Positions 24,895 to 37,755 of a DNA stretch of 64,000 nucleotides are shown here, piece after piece. The translations under genes and the position numbers were made by a program. Within the stretch, counting starts at the first letter, position 1, and every line of letters begins with the position of its first letter. The notes below the pieces were generated by a model that searched no databases, was not told the origin of the DNA, and saw nothing but the letters and a program-made list of their open reading frames with translations. Source of the stretch: Azolla caroliniana (Eukaryota > Plantae > Polypodiophyta); the NCBI GenBank assembly GCA_043228905.1, contig JBHGNT010000004.1, forward strand, positions 9,486,001 to 9,550,000. The letters are read 5' to 3'.

Positions 24895-25952
24895 ACTCGA
24901 AGTGGAAGACGAAGTCGACGAGCGTGTAGAGGAACTCGGTTGATCACCGTTGCCAAAGATCTCACCTCTTCACCTTTCTCGGCACATACCGGAGGATGTG
25001 CGGGTTTGGTGGGGGTGGATGTCGTGACGATTTTCGGCTACGGTGTGAAACCGAGTGAGACGAATAAACCAAGGATGTGCAACATTGCACATACACTTAG
25101 CAAATAAGCCTCCTAAGGCCTAGTGGCACTTGAGTTCATACAGAGGGGTGCAAGCAAGGATTGAACCTTGCACCTCTAAGATACAAGATAATTGCATTAC
25201 CACTAGGACAACTATCATATAGTGTAGATTTTATGTATTTCCTTTTCATATACAAATTATAGACGAAACAACCATAGAAAACCATGTGCACAAAACCATG
25301 GTTTTAAACCCATGGTTTGTGCATGACATAAGCAAAACCGTGTGCACAAAACCATGGTTTTAGCCCATGGTTATGTTCGTCTTTATCTTCTTCATATTTT
25401 TCTACTTCTCAAGTGTACAATCTTTCTTCTTCTCAAGTAAACCAATTTCATCTAATCTTTCATTGATCATCATCTAGCGTCGATAATTCCGCGAACGTCC
25501 TCCCCAGTCCAAGACCCCGGTGGTCGCTCGAGTAGCACACGCACGCGCGAATCTTCGCGACATCATTTGGTGAACCCGACGTGAAGAGCGGTAGGCGAGG
25601 ATGAAGCTGGACGAGGAATATCTAATGAAGGCAATGTCAAAGATGATGATAGATTTTTCAAGAGAAGGGAAAACACGACATGCGGCCCAACAAGCCGTCG
25701 AAAGCATGATCAAGCGAGTCGGGTTTTTCGATGGAGGCAAAGTCCAAAAATTTCTAAAGGCCTACAATGCCGAAATGGATTCAAGAGGAGTGGAGGAAAC
25801 AATGAGGCTGGAGTACTTTTGTCAAGTGGTGGCCGAACCGATCTTCGAAGAGATTAAAGAGATTCAAAAAACTCACGATTCGTGGGTGTCCTTCAAAGAA
25901 GCTTTACAAGAATCATATGGTTACGAACAGCAAAAGGGACGGGGTCTGTATG

Positions 25953-26578
25953 AGTTGTTGAGTAATGGAGACTCCTTTCCCAACAGTGGAGCGAACCATG
26001 CCAACATTGAGCCACTTAATAGCGTCCCTACTAAACCCACTGGTGATGCATCGGTAGGATATCGGGAAGGATGCATTGAATAACTAATCGTACCTGATTA
26101 AGGAACCCTCTAAACTGCGATCGTGTTCCATCGAACTTCGTGGGAAGGCCAATCTTGGGTTCCTTATGAATCCCTTGTGTTCCAGGGCCTTGTTGTTGCA
26201 TCGCTACGATGGTTGCTTCGAGTTGTTGCATGCGTAATGCAAGTTCCCCATGTTGTTGTTGCATTTGCTGCTTTTCTAAGGAGATTTGTTGAAGATCCCC
26301 TAGCAACCGTTGATTTTCTTGTTCCAAAGCAAGGAACTTCTCTTTCAAGCATTGAAACTCCGAGAAAACAGATTGATATTCCCGAGCGCTAACTGTGGGC
26401 ATGGGATGAAAAGAAAAGAGGAATAAGAGATTAGTATGAAGGTAGAGAGACAGAAGGGAAAATTGGTTCAAACTATCAGGAATAGTACTAAACAGAGAGA
26501 GAATTAGTACTAGAGAAGGGAAGTACTATTAGAACTAAGAGGACGGGACTGCATAAGACTCCCGAGAGAGGAAGAGAG

Positions 26579-26639
<61 letters not shown>

Positions 26640-26930
26640 GATAACTGATTATATATTATAAGAAGAGTAAGTACAAAAGGTTTATGAGGCTAAAGACTGG
26701 CGTTGAACCAATTTGGTTCAAGATAATGCCTAGTGCCTCTTTTATAGTGTTCTCAGGAGTTATCTTGAAGCTTGTAGAATGTTCCAGAGAAATCTGGAAT
26801 ATACATTAATTTCCTATAATAAAATGTAAACGAAAATAATATCTTACGTATTACAATAGATGATATAATGGTCAGGAACTTGACCCATATAACCTAAGGT
26901 CATGGGTTCGAGTCTTGCCATATCATGAGA
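25953..26930 (-). mobile_element. Duplicated piece of H' (5' gag and LTR 26474-26930)
   Basis: Matches 10242-11219. Confidence 0.92.
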
Positions 26931-29433
26931 ACAATCCTTTATTATGCTTCTCTCTTCGCCGCATGTATTAGTTTCGACCTTCGGTTCTTCACCATCACCT
27001 CCCGTCTCTTGGGTCTTACATTGGTTCTCGGACGTAATTGCCCAAGTCTCTGGAACAAGTGTGGAGAAAATTTGGCCGTCGTCATTGGTTGTATTATCTT
27101 GGTCCTTCTCTTCCTTTTTGCCACCATCCGTCTCTTGGGTCTCACGTTGGTTCCCAGACGCAACTACCCAAGTCTCTAGATGAAATGTTAGGAAAGTCTC
27201 CACATGACCATCCGCCATCGGCTCGTTCATAGCCATCTCTGACTCGATGTCGTTTTTCGTGGCTATCTCTTCAATCTCATGGGCCTCGCACCCATTGACC
27301 CTCTTGATCGATCAAGCTTCGATTATCCTTCTCTCTTCGTCGCATGTATTCTTTTCGACCTTCCGTCTCTTGGTTCTCACGTTGGTTCTTTGACTCAACT
27401 GCCCAAGTCTCTGGAACATGTGTGGAGAAAATCTGGCCATGGTCGTTGTCGACGCTTGTGGTCTTGTTCATAGTCACCTCCTCAATGTCCTTTTTAGCGG
27501 CTAGATCCTCAATTACACTAACCTCGGACTCTTTATCTCCATTGATGCAAGCTTCGATTAGGCTTGCTTCTTCATCATCCAATGTTTCGAACACGACGCG
27601 CGTTCTGAAACATTCATCCTCCCTCTAAGTGGCCTTCTCCATCCCCGAGTCATCATCAATCTTCTTTTCATGTAGGTTGCTTTGTTTAGACACCTCAACT
27701 TCTTTAGGTGTTCTTGATTTTTCTATGCTTGGTCTTACAAAGTCAATATCATCAAGCCATTAATGACTCATGTCGATCTTGTTGCATGCTTGCTTCACCG
27801 CAACCCAGTCCGCTACAAGCCCGTTCGCTTGGGTATAATCTTCGAGGAGAGTCCCCAACTCTCTCCTATCCTTCATTTCCACAGCTTTCAAGAAGTACAA
27901 AGTCTTGTCCTCCTCAACTAGCACTTGGTCCATGGCTGGGAGACGACGAAACATTTGGTCGAACTCATCGTACACCCTCGAGGCGCGCATCTTCTTATTT
28001 TTCTTCTCTAACCACCTCATCAAGGTATGTCGAGTCATCCTCGACAAATCTTCCATCGAGAACTCTGCTAATATTGATCTTTCAAACTCTGACCACGTTG
28101 TCTTGCCTTCTTGAAGCTCGATGACACGTTTTTGGATGTTGTTGACAACAACTCTCTTGAAGCTTGCGATTTGACGTGCTTCAGACACGTCCCTTTGATT
28201 CATCTCCCTTCTATATGCGTCAAGGACCTTCGTAATGTTCCTTCCGTCAAATTGAACCTCGAGCTCAATGATACAGTCGACAGCCTTCTCCACGCTCGCA
28301 TCGTTGTCTCGAGATCTCATCATTTGTTCGAAGATTATCATCATCCTTTCGAACTCTCCCGCTTGATTGCTTGAGGACGCCATCTCCAAGTATTGGTCGA
28401 TCCTCGACTTGATCCTTCCTACCACCTCTTTCACGTCGGGTTCACCACTTAATTATGTCGTGAAGATCCGTCACTACGTGTGGATCGTGAGGTGGAACCG
28501 TCGAGGTTCGAAACCAGAAGGACTCGAAGTTTGCACAAGCTTTAGCGAGAAAGTGTCATGGACAAGTATAATAGAGTAGAACAAAGATAAGACTAGAGAA
28601 TAAGAGAGAGTAAAAGAACAAGAACTCAACTTATAGAACCTGTAACTTGTGTTGTTCACCTTGATTAGAATCAAGGTGCACATGAGTATTTATACAAGAA
28701 GGTAGGTCTATGTAAGCCATCTAGAAATAGAGTATGCATGAGGATGCATGCAAGCTAGAAAATGAGAATACATGCAAGCTAGGAACTTCGAATGTTCAAT
28801 CTACACTATATGAAGTTGAATTAAATGTAAGGATGCATATGTAGCTCAAGTGGTAGGGTTGCCCAATAGAGACCATGAGGTCTTGGGTTCCATCCCTACC
28901 TTCTTTCGTGGCATATGTCTATGACATTATCCTCCCTCTAAGGCCGCCTCCTAACACCTGCCACCGGTTTATGGGGGTATCGTTGATGAAAAGCGCGAAT
29001 TGCCTCCGGTGCATTTTGTAAATGTGTAATTGGTTCCCATGTGGCGTCCGAAAGAGGGTAACCTTTCCATAAGACCAGGTATTGAAGACTGCTCGACGCA
29101 AGCGAGAGTCGAGGATCCAGTCAACCTCATACTCCTCACCTGTCGATAATTCCACGGGCGGCGGCGGAGGAGGTTGTCGTCCCGAAATGTGAGAAGGATG
29201 ATAGAGTTCGAGGAGAGAGACGTGGAAAACATTGTGAAGCCGAAATGTGGGGGGAAGCGATAACCGGAAAGCGACTGGGTTAACACGCTCGAGGATACAG
29301 AATGGGCCTAGCTTTTAGTAGTCAAGCTTCGCACAGGGATGGGTGGTTGCGATGTGCCGACGTAGCAATCAAACCATGTCACCAACTGTGAAGGTCGGCA
29401 CGACTAAGCGATGTTGGTCAACGTGAGCTTTAT

Positions 29434-32400
29434 TATTATAGATCTAGGTACTAAAGTAAGATTAAGATAAGGATAAAGAAATGAAAGATAGAAAGGAGAA
29501 AGAGAAAGAAGGGTGCCGATCCACCCGACCACCCCCGAGCGAAGGGATCGAGACGGACTCGAGCCTCGATCGGCGTCCCAGACCACCGTCGTGGCGTCGA
29601 GTCGTACCTGGTGCTGGCGCGCTCGCTACAAGAGTTGACCCACCACACAAGCAGAGTCTTGATGTAGTCAAAAGATGATCAAATGAGGGTAGCTAGGCCT
29701 CTTATTTATAGCGAAACCCAAGGCCCCCAGGCAAGTTCACACTTGACCTAATGGGTTGTCTCAATCCCGAGGATTAAAAGTAATCCTCCCCTTCTTTACA
29801 CTCTCATTTAACCCTCACACTTATCCACGTGTATAGAATACTACGGTAAATTCTTACCACGGGATATTATATGGTCATGCCCGTAACATACTCCCCCTCT
29901 TTAAAACATTGCACTCTTGCAATGGAAAGTTAGGGAAGTTAGTTCTAAGAGTATTTTCGCGTTCCCATGTGGCATCTTTTATTGATTTATCCATCCATTT
30001 TATTTTGAATTCTCGGATTTCTTTAGTACGTAATTTTTTTGTTTTAACATCGAGAATTCTTTCTGGTACATGTGGTTTAGAAGATAATTCGTCAGAAGTA
30101 ACCAGAGTTTCAGTCGTAACTGTATTGTCGCCAGAACCTACAAGTTCTTTTAGACGACTCACATGAAAGACTGGATGAATTCCGACACCATCGGGAAGAG
30201 CGAGACGATAGGCTGATGACCCAATGCGTTTGAGGACTGTAAAAGGTCCACAAAACCGTGGGGCTAACTTAGCGCACTTACCCGTAGACAATGTCTTAGA
30301 ATTGTGAGGTACACGTAAAAATACCTTCTGTCCAGGGTTGAATACACGAGGGTGCCTATGATGATCGGCATAAAAACGCGCTCTATCTTGAGCTGTTTTT
30401 ATATTATCTCGTGCAATATGCAACATATCTTGCATATCCCGAAGAAAGTTTTGCGTACTTCGCAACTCATCATGATGTATATTAACATCAATCGGGGCTC
30501 GTGGCTGAAAACCATACATCAACATAAAAGGACTATATCCCGTCGACGTATGCTTGGAGCTGTTATAAGCAAACTCCAAAATTGGGAGATAACGTTCCCA
30601 TTTTGTTGGTTTTGCACCAACGTATGCTCGAAGCATGTCCTCAATAATTTGATTTACTCGTTCTGTCTGTCCATCGGATTGAGGATGATCCGTGGAGCTC
30701 ATGCTCAACGTAGTTTCTAACTTCTTAAAGACTTGTGTCCAGAAGTCACTAGTAAACTTTGGATCTCGATCACTCACGATATCCATCGGTAACCCATAAA
30801 AACAAAACAATTCGTCAACGAATTGGTAAGCCAATTCAAGAGCTGTTACCGTGGTTTTAGTAGCAATAAATCTGGCCATTTTAGTTAGTCGATCAACGAC
30901 AACCCAGATGGCATCATGACCTTTTTGGGTGCGAGGAAGGCTAACAATAAAATCCATGGATATACTTTCCCACTTATTATTGGGAATGTCCAAGGGATGT
31001 AAAAGTCCTGCGGCTTTAAGTCGCTCGGCTTTGTTAACCTGGCACTGGTGACATTTAGTCACATAGCTATGTATGTCAGGACGCATCTTAGGCCAATAAA
31101 ATTGAGTGGAGATGAGAACGAGTGTACGATGTATTCTAGGGTGCCCTGCTGAGGGTGCATCATGGCATTCAAAAAGAATCCTCTTTTTGACCTCGGGTAA
31201 ATCTGGAACACAAACCTTCCCATTACGGTAGAGCAAACCGTTAGCAATGTGGAAGTATTCCTTCAAGGATGTGGTGGTGTCTGTTCCAGACTCAACTCTA
31301 GCCCAATATTTTGCGAAATAACTGTCATCAGGATACTTTCCTCGAAGGTGATCATAAAGATCTGATGATATTGCAGTGAAGCTAAGCATGTTAACTTCAC
31401 GGATGCGACTTAGTGCATCAGCGACAGTGTTCATGGAACCTTTACGATATCGTATGGAAAAATCAAAGTCCTGGATGAGATCAGCCCATCGTGCCTTACG
31501 ACCTTTCAGGTCTTGTTGGTCACAAAAATATTTCAAGGACTCGTGGTCCGTAGTTACCACAAAGTGATTTCCATAAAGATAATGGCGCCATGTTTTGAGC
31601 GCATGTATAACTGCAAATAATTCCTTTTCTTGAACGGTATACCGACATTGAGCAGAATCAAGTTTCTTACTCTCGAATGCTATTGGTTTACCATCTTGAT
31701 ACAAGACAACACCTATAGCATAATCGCTTGCATCGGTTTCAACCTCAAAAGGTTTTGAAGGATCGGGTAAAAGAAGTGAAGGAGCCTTGCAAACCAGGTC
31801 CTTGAGTTCCTTAAAGGCAAGGTCTAGTGTAGCATTCCACACAATAGGTTTTGTAGACTTACGCGTTTGACCTTTTAAAAGATCAGTAAACGGCGTCGTC
31901 AATTGGGAGTAATTACGAAGAGACTTTCGCAAAAACCCCACAAAACCAAGGAATGATCGAACTTCTCGAATATTCCGAAGAGTGGGCCAGAGCTTGATTT
32001 TCTCAATGCGAGAAGGATCAATTTCAACTCCTCGTTCGGTTATGAGATGTCCTAGATAAGTAATTGATTTCTTGAAGAACTCACATTTTGAGATCTTCGC
32101 ATAAAACTGTTTGTCACGCAATGTTTGTAAAACAAAGCGGACATGTCTAGCATGTTCTTGTAATGTACGGCTATAAACTAAAATATCATCCAAGAAAATA
32201 ACGACAAATTTTCCAAGTTGTTCTCGGAAAATGTCATTCATTTCTTGTTGAAAAGTAGCCGGAGCATTGGTCAAACCAAAAGGCATAACCAAAAACTCGT
32301 AATGGCCATAGCGCGTACGAAATGCCGTTTTAGGAACATCGTCCTCACTTATTCGTATTTGATGGTAGCCAGTACGGAGATCAAGTTTCGTAAAATACCG

Positions 32401-35400
32401 AGCTCCCTGGAGACGGTCAATTAGATCGTCAGCCCGAGGCAATGGATACGAATTCTTGATCGTCACTTTATTCAAGCGTCGGTAATTAATACACATACGC
32501 CATGTGCCCTCTTTCTTTTTAACCAAGAGAACTGGTGCACCCCATGGAGATTTACTATAACGTATATAACCCATTCGTAAATAGTCCTTGAGTTGCTTAG
32601 ATACCTCATCTTCTTCGGATCGACTTAAGCGATACGGAGGTATACTTATTGGTGCAACACCGGGTACAATATCTATACGATGGTCTATATTACGTTTAGG
32701 AGGTAACCCATTAGGTAGTTCACTTGGAAAAACATCATGAAAATCATTTAAGATTTCATCAAGTTGTTGTTGTTCAAAATATGTTAATTGAATCGGGACA
32801 TTATCGATATTGTAAACGTGAATGTCCGGATCAAGTACACAATAAAATAACGTAGAACAAGACAACTCGGATATTGATGGACATGAGGAAACAATCGAGA
32901 GGGATTGTTTTTTTACACATTGAATAAAATGCGTACAATCGTTTAGTACAAAAGAAATGGAATGACGAACCCAATCAATAAATAAAGAAGAGTTTTTATT
33001 ATAAAACCAGGGATAACCCAGTATTACATCGGTGGTACAAAGATTCATTACATGGAAGTCTACTTCCTCTATATAAGTATCAATAGAAATTCCTAATGAA
33101 TGAATCGCCCCGTTGATGTATTGTACTCTTCCATCAGCCAAGTGCACCGTGTAGGTGTGATCACTTACGGTGGGTTGGATTCCCCATATCTGAACCAAAC
33201 GATCATTCACAAAATTGTGTGAGCTTCCCGAATCAAATAAAAACTGTACGGGAGATCCATTGATATACCCGTTTGCACGTAGTAAATCATTGGGACCCAA
33301 TACATAGTGAGGGAAAGAACATTGACAATTACTTAAATGATGTGTATAGACCTGAAGGACATTAGGAATCTGACCTTTATGGTCTGCAGCTTTAGCTTTG
33401 TTGTCGTGCTCTTTCCGTTGGAGCTTTCGACATTGATCTTTTGTATGACCCTTCTTTTTGCAGAATACACAAAAAGGATGTTGTCGCTTACAATCGCGAT
33501 CCAGGAATTTGTTGGGTGTCTTGCGTTTCCCAACAAATTGCGACTGCTTAGTCCCGGGCGCTTCGTTGGGTTTGTTATGGTCCTTCTTCGAAGTGCGTTG
33601 ATAGCGAAGAACTATTTCAACGGCCTCTTCGAAGGATTTTGGATCCTTATCGTGCACTATCCAATGATAGTCCGAATTGGGGATGCCATTGACAAAACAA
33701 GCTATCAACCAATTGTCCCCTTCTAGACCCGATTTTTGGATTTGGGTTCTAGCATGGTGAACATAGTCTTCTAGCGAGGAAAATTTCCTGCTAGAGAGGT
33801 TCATTAAAGCTTGTGCTGCCTCGGTTCGAGAGGGAGGTTGCAGAAATTGGCCCTTAAAAACCGTGACAAAATCTGTCCAGGTATCGGGCAATTTCCCCAT
33901 AGTACGGAGGCCACGCCACCAGGCGGCGGCCTTACCCCCGAGTTCTCGACCGACATATGCAATCTTCGTACTATCTGGCGTGGGATAGAGCTCAAAATGA
34001 GACTCCCATCGTCCCAGCCATGTGCAGATTGCTTCTTCGGTTCTTTCCTTTTTGTCTCCCGTAAATGGCTTAACGACAAATGATGGTTCACCTTGTCGCT
34101 CATCAGGTCTATTAGTCTCACGTTGTAGACTAATGACACGTGCCTCAAGAGCACTCTGAGATTGCCGAAGTTCGGTCATCTGTTGAGCGGTGAAACTAAG
34201 GTATTGGGTTATTTGTGCCAAATACATCTCAGTGGACATTTGTCCAGGAGGATTCCCTTGAGTTCCTTCCGCTTGAGCGGATGACATCGGGTTGTTAATT
34301 TGAGCCATTAAAGATTATTTCTGGAAAAGAAATAGGATAAGGTCAGAGATATAGTCATAACATCATGTCGTGATGTAAACATATCATGGGCGAGCATTAA
34401 TCGATATCATTATCTCACGTCAATACCCCTCTAGACGTATGAGATGAGGTTCAAGATCAGGTTACTATGGTAACACAAAGGTGTTTTAAAAACCATGGGG
34501 GTGACAAATAAATGTCTTTCCCTGATCTCTATATCGATTTTTTCATGGTGGCTCCCCGAGGCTCAACCATGTATGTTCGCGTCATGAATAGTTTATACAC
34601 GAAAAAAATGTTAACAATAAACTATGTTTCGGTGCCCACATAAGTGGTTTCGGCTCTTTAAGTCCTATTACGAGGACCCCGAGGTGCACTTAGACCTTAA
34701 GTCTAAACATGTGTTATAGTCATATGTATCAAGGATGTTGTATGGTCTTTGTCATATTTGAACTCGAGACCTCGAGAACAAATACATTAAACACTTGAGC
34801 CAACCAAGTAAGTTGCTCTTCTCGAATGCTTAATGTTTGATGCGTATAAGAGATATGCGAGGCAATTGATCATATATGTTTTTTTAAAAGAACATATATG
34901 TCAAGGGTCCTTATTGCGCCCTCATTTACCAAAACTATGTTGGTACGTTACCTAACCTCAAGTCTCGTAATTACGATGGCATACGCCAAAGTGCAACCTA
35001 ATGGTCAAGCCAAATGAGCCCTTGTTTCGTAGTAGGCTCACGTGGGCCATCACATGGTCACGTCATTACGAATGCCTCTCATAAGAACGAGCTCATGGTG
35101 GCATCGTATCCATGTAACGAGGGAGGGATGTTGGATACGTGCGTCATTGGAGCGACCTCACTTGAAGTGGGTCAAGCCCTACGTACTCAACATCATTTTG
35201 GCTATTCGCGTTTCTTTACGTAACGAAATCGAGGTCGTCAACGGGGTTATCAACAATAAAAAAAATGTTGAAAAAGGGATGGTGACAACACCATTCTCAC
35301 AAAAATGTGAGGACGGCCACCAACATCCTTTTCCCGATAAGGACAACTTTCGATATAATCACGTAATAACGAATATAAACATATGTTTACTTATCACATA

Positions 35401-36452
35401 TATACGATCAAATACGTATATATGTGACCACATATGCCTATATTAAACATATCGTTATATTAAATAGCCACAAATGATGTGATCGAGATACGTAATCGAG
35501 GTATATACCTCTACGCACACGAAACATCCACAAATAAGAAATCATCGTAATACGCAATGGAGGTATTGACCTCTTACGCATACGAGACCAAACGCATATC
35601 GTTTACAGCAAATCAAGGTATTAAACTCATACGCAAACGTAACATATGTTCGTGAACGTAATACGTAATTGAGGTATTAACCTCGTACGCATACGACACT
35701 CATCACATATTATCAATATGTCAAACGAGGTATTGACCTCATGCACATATGTAAACGTTTTAGATAATCAATTAAAGACCACTACAACATCATTGACTTA
35801 ATGAAAAAAATTACATATAAACTAAACACATGATTAGATGGGAGAAGAGAGAATAGAAAGAAAAATTATGGAAAGAGTTACCGAAGTTCTTTGTTGATCG
35901 TTGTCTGGATCAAGGCCAACCGCACAACGATCGATCAGCATCAATCAAAAGACAAATGAAAAACAAAGAAACATTAGTACAAAAATCTGATACCAAATAT
36001 TATAGATCTAGGTACTAAAGTAAGCTTAAGATAAGGATAAAGAAATGAAAGATAGAAAGGAGAAAGAGAAAGAAGGGTGCCGATCCACCCGACCACCCCC
36101 GAGCGAAGGGATCGAGACGGACTCGAGCCTCGATCGGCGTCCCATACCACCGTCGTGGCGTCGAGTCGTACCTGGTGCTGGCGCGCTCGCTACAAGAGTT
36201 GACCCACCACATGAGCAGAGTCTCGATGTAGTCAAAAGATGATCAAATGAGGGTAGCTAGGCCTCTTATTTATAGCGAAACCCAAGGCCCCCAGGCAAGT
36301 TCACACTTGACCTAATGGGTTGTCTCAATCCCGAGGATTAAAAGTAATCCTCCCCTTCTTTACACTCTCATTTAACCCTCACACTTATCCACGTGTATAG
36401 AATACTACGGTAAATTCTTACCACGGGATATTATATGGTCATGCCCGTAACA
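29434..36452 (-). mobile_element. Second copy of full-length chromovirus E, created by the tandem duplication
   Basis: Same LTRs, same TTTAT TSD and same flanks as 13723-20741. Confidence 0.97.
29875..34308 (-). CDS. Gag-Pol polyprotein (1477 aa), duplicate copy
   Basis: Same as 14164-18597 except YINEAI versus YINGAI. Confidence 0.97.
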   Translation of the reverse strand: MAQINNPMSSAQAEGTQGNPPGQMSTEMYLAQITQYLSFTAQQMTELRQSQSALEARVISLQRETNRPDERQGEPSFVVKPFTGDKKERTEEAICTWLGRWESHFELYPTPDSTKIAYVGRELGGKAAAWWRGLRTMGKLPDTWTDFVTVFKGQFLQPPSRTEAAQALMNLSSRKFSSLEDYVHHARTQIQKSGLEGDNWLIACFVNGIPNSDYHWIVHDKDPKSFEEAVEIVLRYQRTSKKDHNKPNEAPGTKQSQFVGKRKTPNKFLDRDCKRQHPFCVFCKKKGHTKDQCRKLQRKEHDNKAKAADHKGQIPNVLQVYTHHLSNCQCSFPHYVLGPNDLLRANGYINGSPVQFLFDSGSSHNFVNDRLVQIWGIQPTVSDHTYTVHLADGRVQYINGAIHSLGISIDTYIEEVDFHVMNLCTTDVILGYPWFYNKNSSLFIDWVRHSISFVLNDCTHFIQCVKKQSLSIVSSCPSISELSCSTLFYCVLDPDIHVYNIDNVPIQLTYFEQQQLDEILNDFHDVFPSELPNGLPPKRNIDHRIDIVPGVAPISIPPYRLSRSEEDEVSKQLKDYLRMGYIRYSKSPWGAPVLLVKKKEGTWRMCINYRRLNKVTIKNSYPLPRADDLIDRLQGARYFTKLDLRTGYHQIRISEDDVPKTAFRTRYGHYEFLVMPFGLTNAPATFQQEMNDIFREQLGKFVVIFLDDILVYSRTLQEHARHVRFVLQTLRDKQFYAKISKCEFFKKSITYLGHLITERGVEIDPSRIEKIKLWPTLRNIREVRSFLGFVGFLRKSLRNYSQLTTPFTDLLKGQTRKSTKPIVWNATLDLAFKELKDLVCKAPSLLLPDPSKPFEVETDASDYAIGVVLYQDGKPIAFESKKLDSAQCRYTVQEKELFAVIHALKTWRHYLYGNHFVVTTDHESLKYFCDQQDLKGRKARWADLIQDFDFSIRYRKGSMNTVADALSRIREVNMLSFTAISSDLYDHLRGKYPDDSYFAKYWARVESGTDTTTSLKEYFHIANGLLYRNGKVCVPDLPEVKKRILFECHDAPSAGHPRIHRTLVLISTQFYWPKMRPDIHSYVTKCHQCQVNKAERLKAAGLLHPLDIPNNKWESISMDFIVSLPRTQKGHDAIWVVVDRLTKMARFIATKTTVTALELAYQFVDELFCFYGLPMDIVSDRDPKFTSDFWTQVFKKLETTLSMSSTDHPQSDGQTERVNQIIEDMLRAYVGAKPTKWERYLPILEFAYNSSKHTSTGYSPFMLMYGFQPRAPIDVNIHHDELRSTQNFLRDMQDMLHIARDNIKTAQDRARFYADHHRHPRVFNPGQKVFLRVPHNSKTLSTGKCAKLAPRFCGPFTVLKRIGSSAYRLALPDGVGIHPVFHVSRLKELVGSGDNTVTTETLVTSDELSSKPHVPERILDVKTKKLRTKEIREFKIKWMDKSIKDATWERENTLRTNFPNFPLQECNVLKRGSMLRA

Positions 36453-37755
36453 TTTATACTGTTTGCCAATGGCACGGAGCTCGAGGGCGAGTTCACGATG
36501 AACATCTTGTAAGGTGTGGGCATGCTTCTCGGCCGACGGATTGATGGATATCGCCGGAATGGAAATGTTGAACCGAGGGTGGAAACCGTAATTTGCAAAG
36601 AATGGAGAAACCTTAGTTGAGGCATGGATACTGTTATTGTAGGCAAATTCCGCCATGGCAAGGAGGTCCACCCAATCGTCTTGTTGGTAGCTAACTATAC
36701 ACCGGAGGTATTGTTTGAGGATTTGGTTGACTCTTTCGGTTTGACCATCCATTTGAGGGTGGTGTGTGGTTGAAAAGTTCATAGAAGTCCCGAATGTGAA
36801 GTCGGCGCCAAAAGTGGGAGATAAATTGAGGACCTCGATCAGAAGTGACATCCTCAAGCAAACCGTATAACCAGACGACATTTTTCTAGAAAAAGGGTAG
36901 CTGTCTCCTCCCCCAAAATGGTTTTCGAATATGGGACAAAGAAAGCCATCTTTGAAAACCGATCAACGACCACTAGCACTGTCTCATTGTCACCGACTTG
37001 AGGAAGGTCGGTGATAAAGTCCATGGAGAGAGAAGCCCAAGGTCAATTGGGGATTGGAAGTGGGTGTAGAAGGTCGTATGGACGATGGTGAGCCGCTTTG
37101 GAGCGAGCACAGATGTCACAAGTTTTGATAAATTCTTTGACCAATTTCCAAGGTTGAGGCCACCAAAACCCTCGAGAAAGCAATGCCAACGTTTTGGCGA
37201 CCCCAAAGTGTCCGACACAAGGATCATCATGGCGAGTTTGTAGAACTCGGAGGCGATATGGGCCAGCTGGTACTTAAAGGAGGTGATTACGATAGAGTGG
37301 CCCATCTTGAGTTCTAAAGTGACTGATATTATAGATCTAAGTACTAAAGTAAGCTTAAGATAAGGATAAAGTAATAATAGATAGAAAGGAGAAAGAGAAA
37401 GAAGGGTTTCGATCCACCCGACCACCCCCGAGCGAAGGGATCAAGACGGACTCGAGCCTCGATCGGCGTCCCATACCACCGCCGTGGCGTCGAGTCGTAC
37501 CTGGTGCTGGCGCGCTCGCTACAAGAGTTGACCCACCACACGAGCAGAGTCTCGATGTAGTCAAAAGATGATCCAATGAGGGTAGCTAGGCCTCTTATTT
37601 ATAGCAATACCCAAGGCCCCCAGGTAAGATCACACTTGACCTAATGGGTTGTCTCAATCCCGAGGATTAAAATTAATCCTCCCCTTCTTTACACTCTCGT
37701 TTAACCCTCACACTTATGCACGTGTATAGAATACTACGGTAAATTCTTACCACGG

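Larger units (their letters stand above)
22045..25952 (+). mobile_element. First copy of the A-B-A unit, truncated by the duplication junction: LTR-A 22045-22707, ORF A, LTR-B 25020-25562, start of ORF B
   Basis: TGTCGTGA...TCGCGACA termini; PBS TGGTGAACCCGAYGTG; PPT-like GGTGGGGGTGGA. Confidence 0.9.

Noticed and set aside
24736-25107. Glycine-rich protein (GYGGSGGYGG)
   Set aside because: Off-frame reading of the 99-bp duplication, GTG start, runs into the LTR.
25601-26083. Novel 160-aa gene
   Set aside because: Chance fusion of ORF B's start with antisense H' gag at the duplication junction.
29434-36452. Second independent insertion of E
   Set aside because: Same TSD and flanks as the first copy; it results from the segmental duplication.
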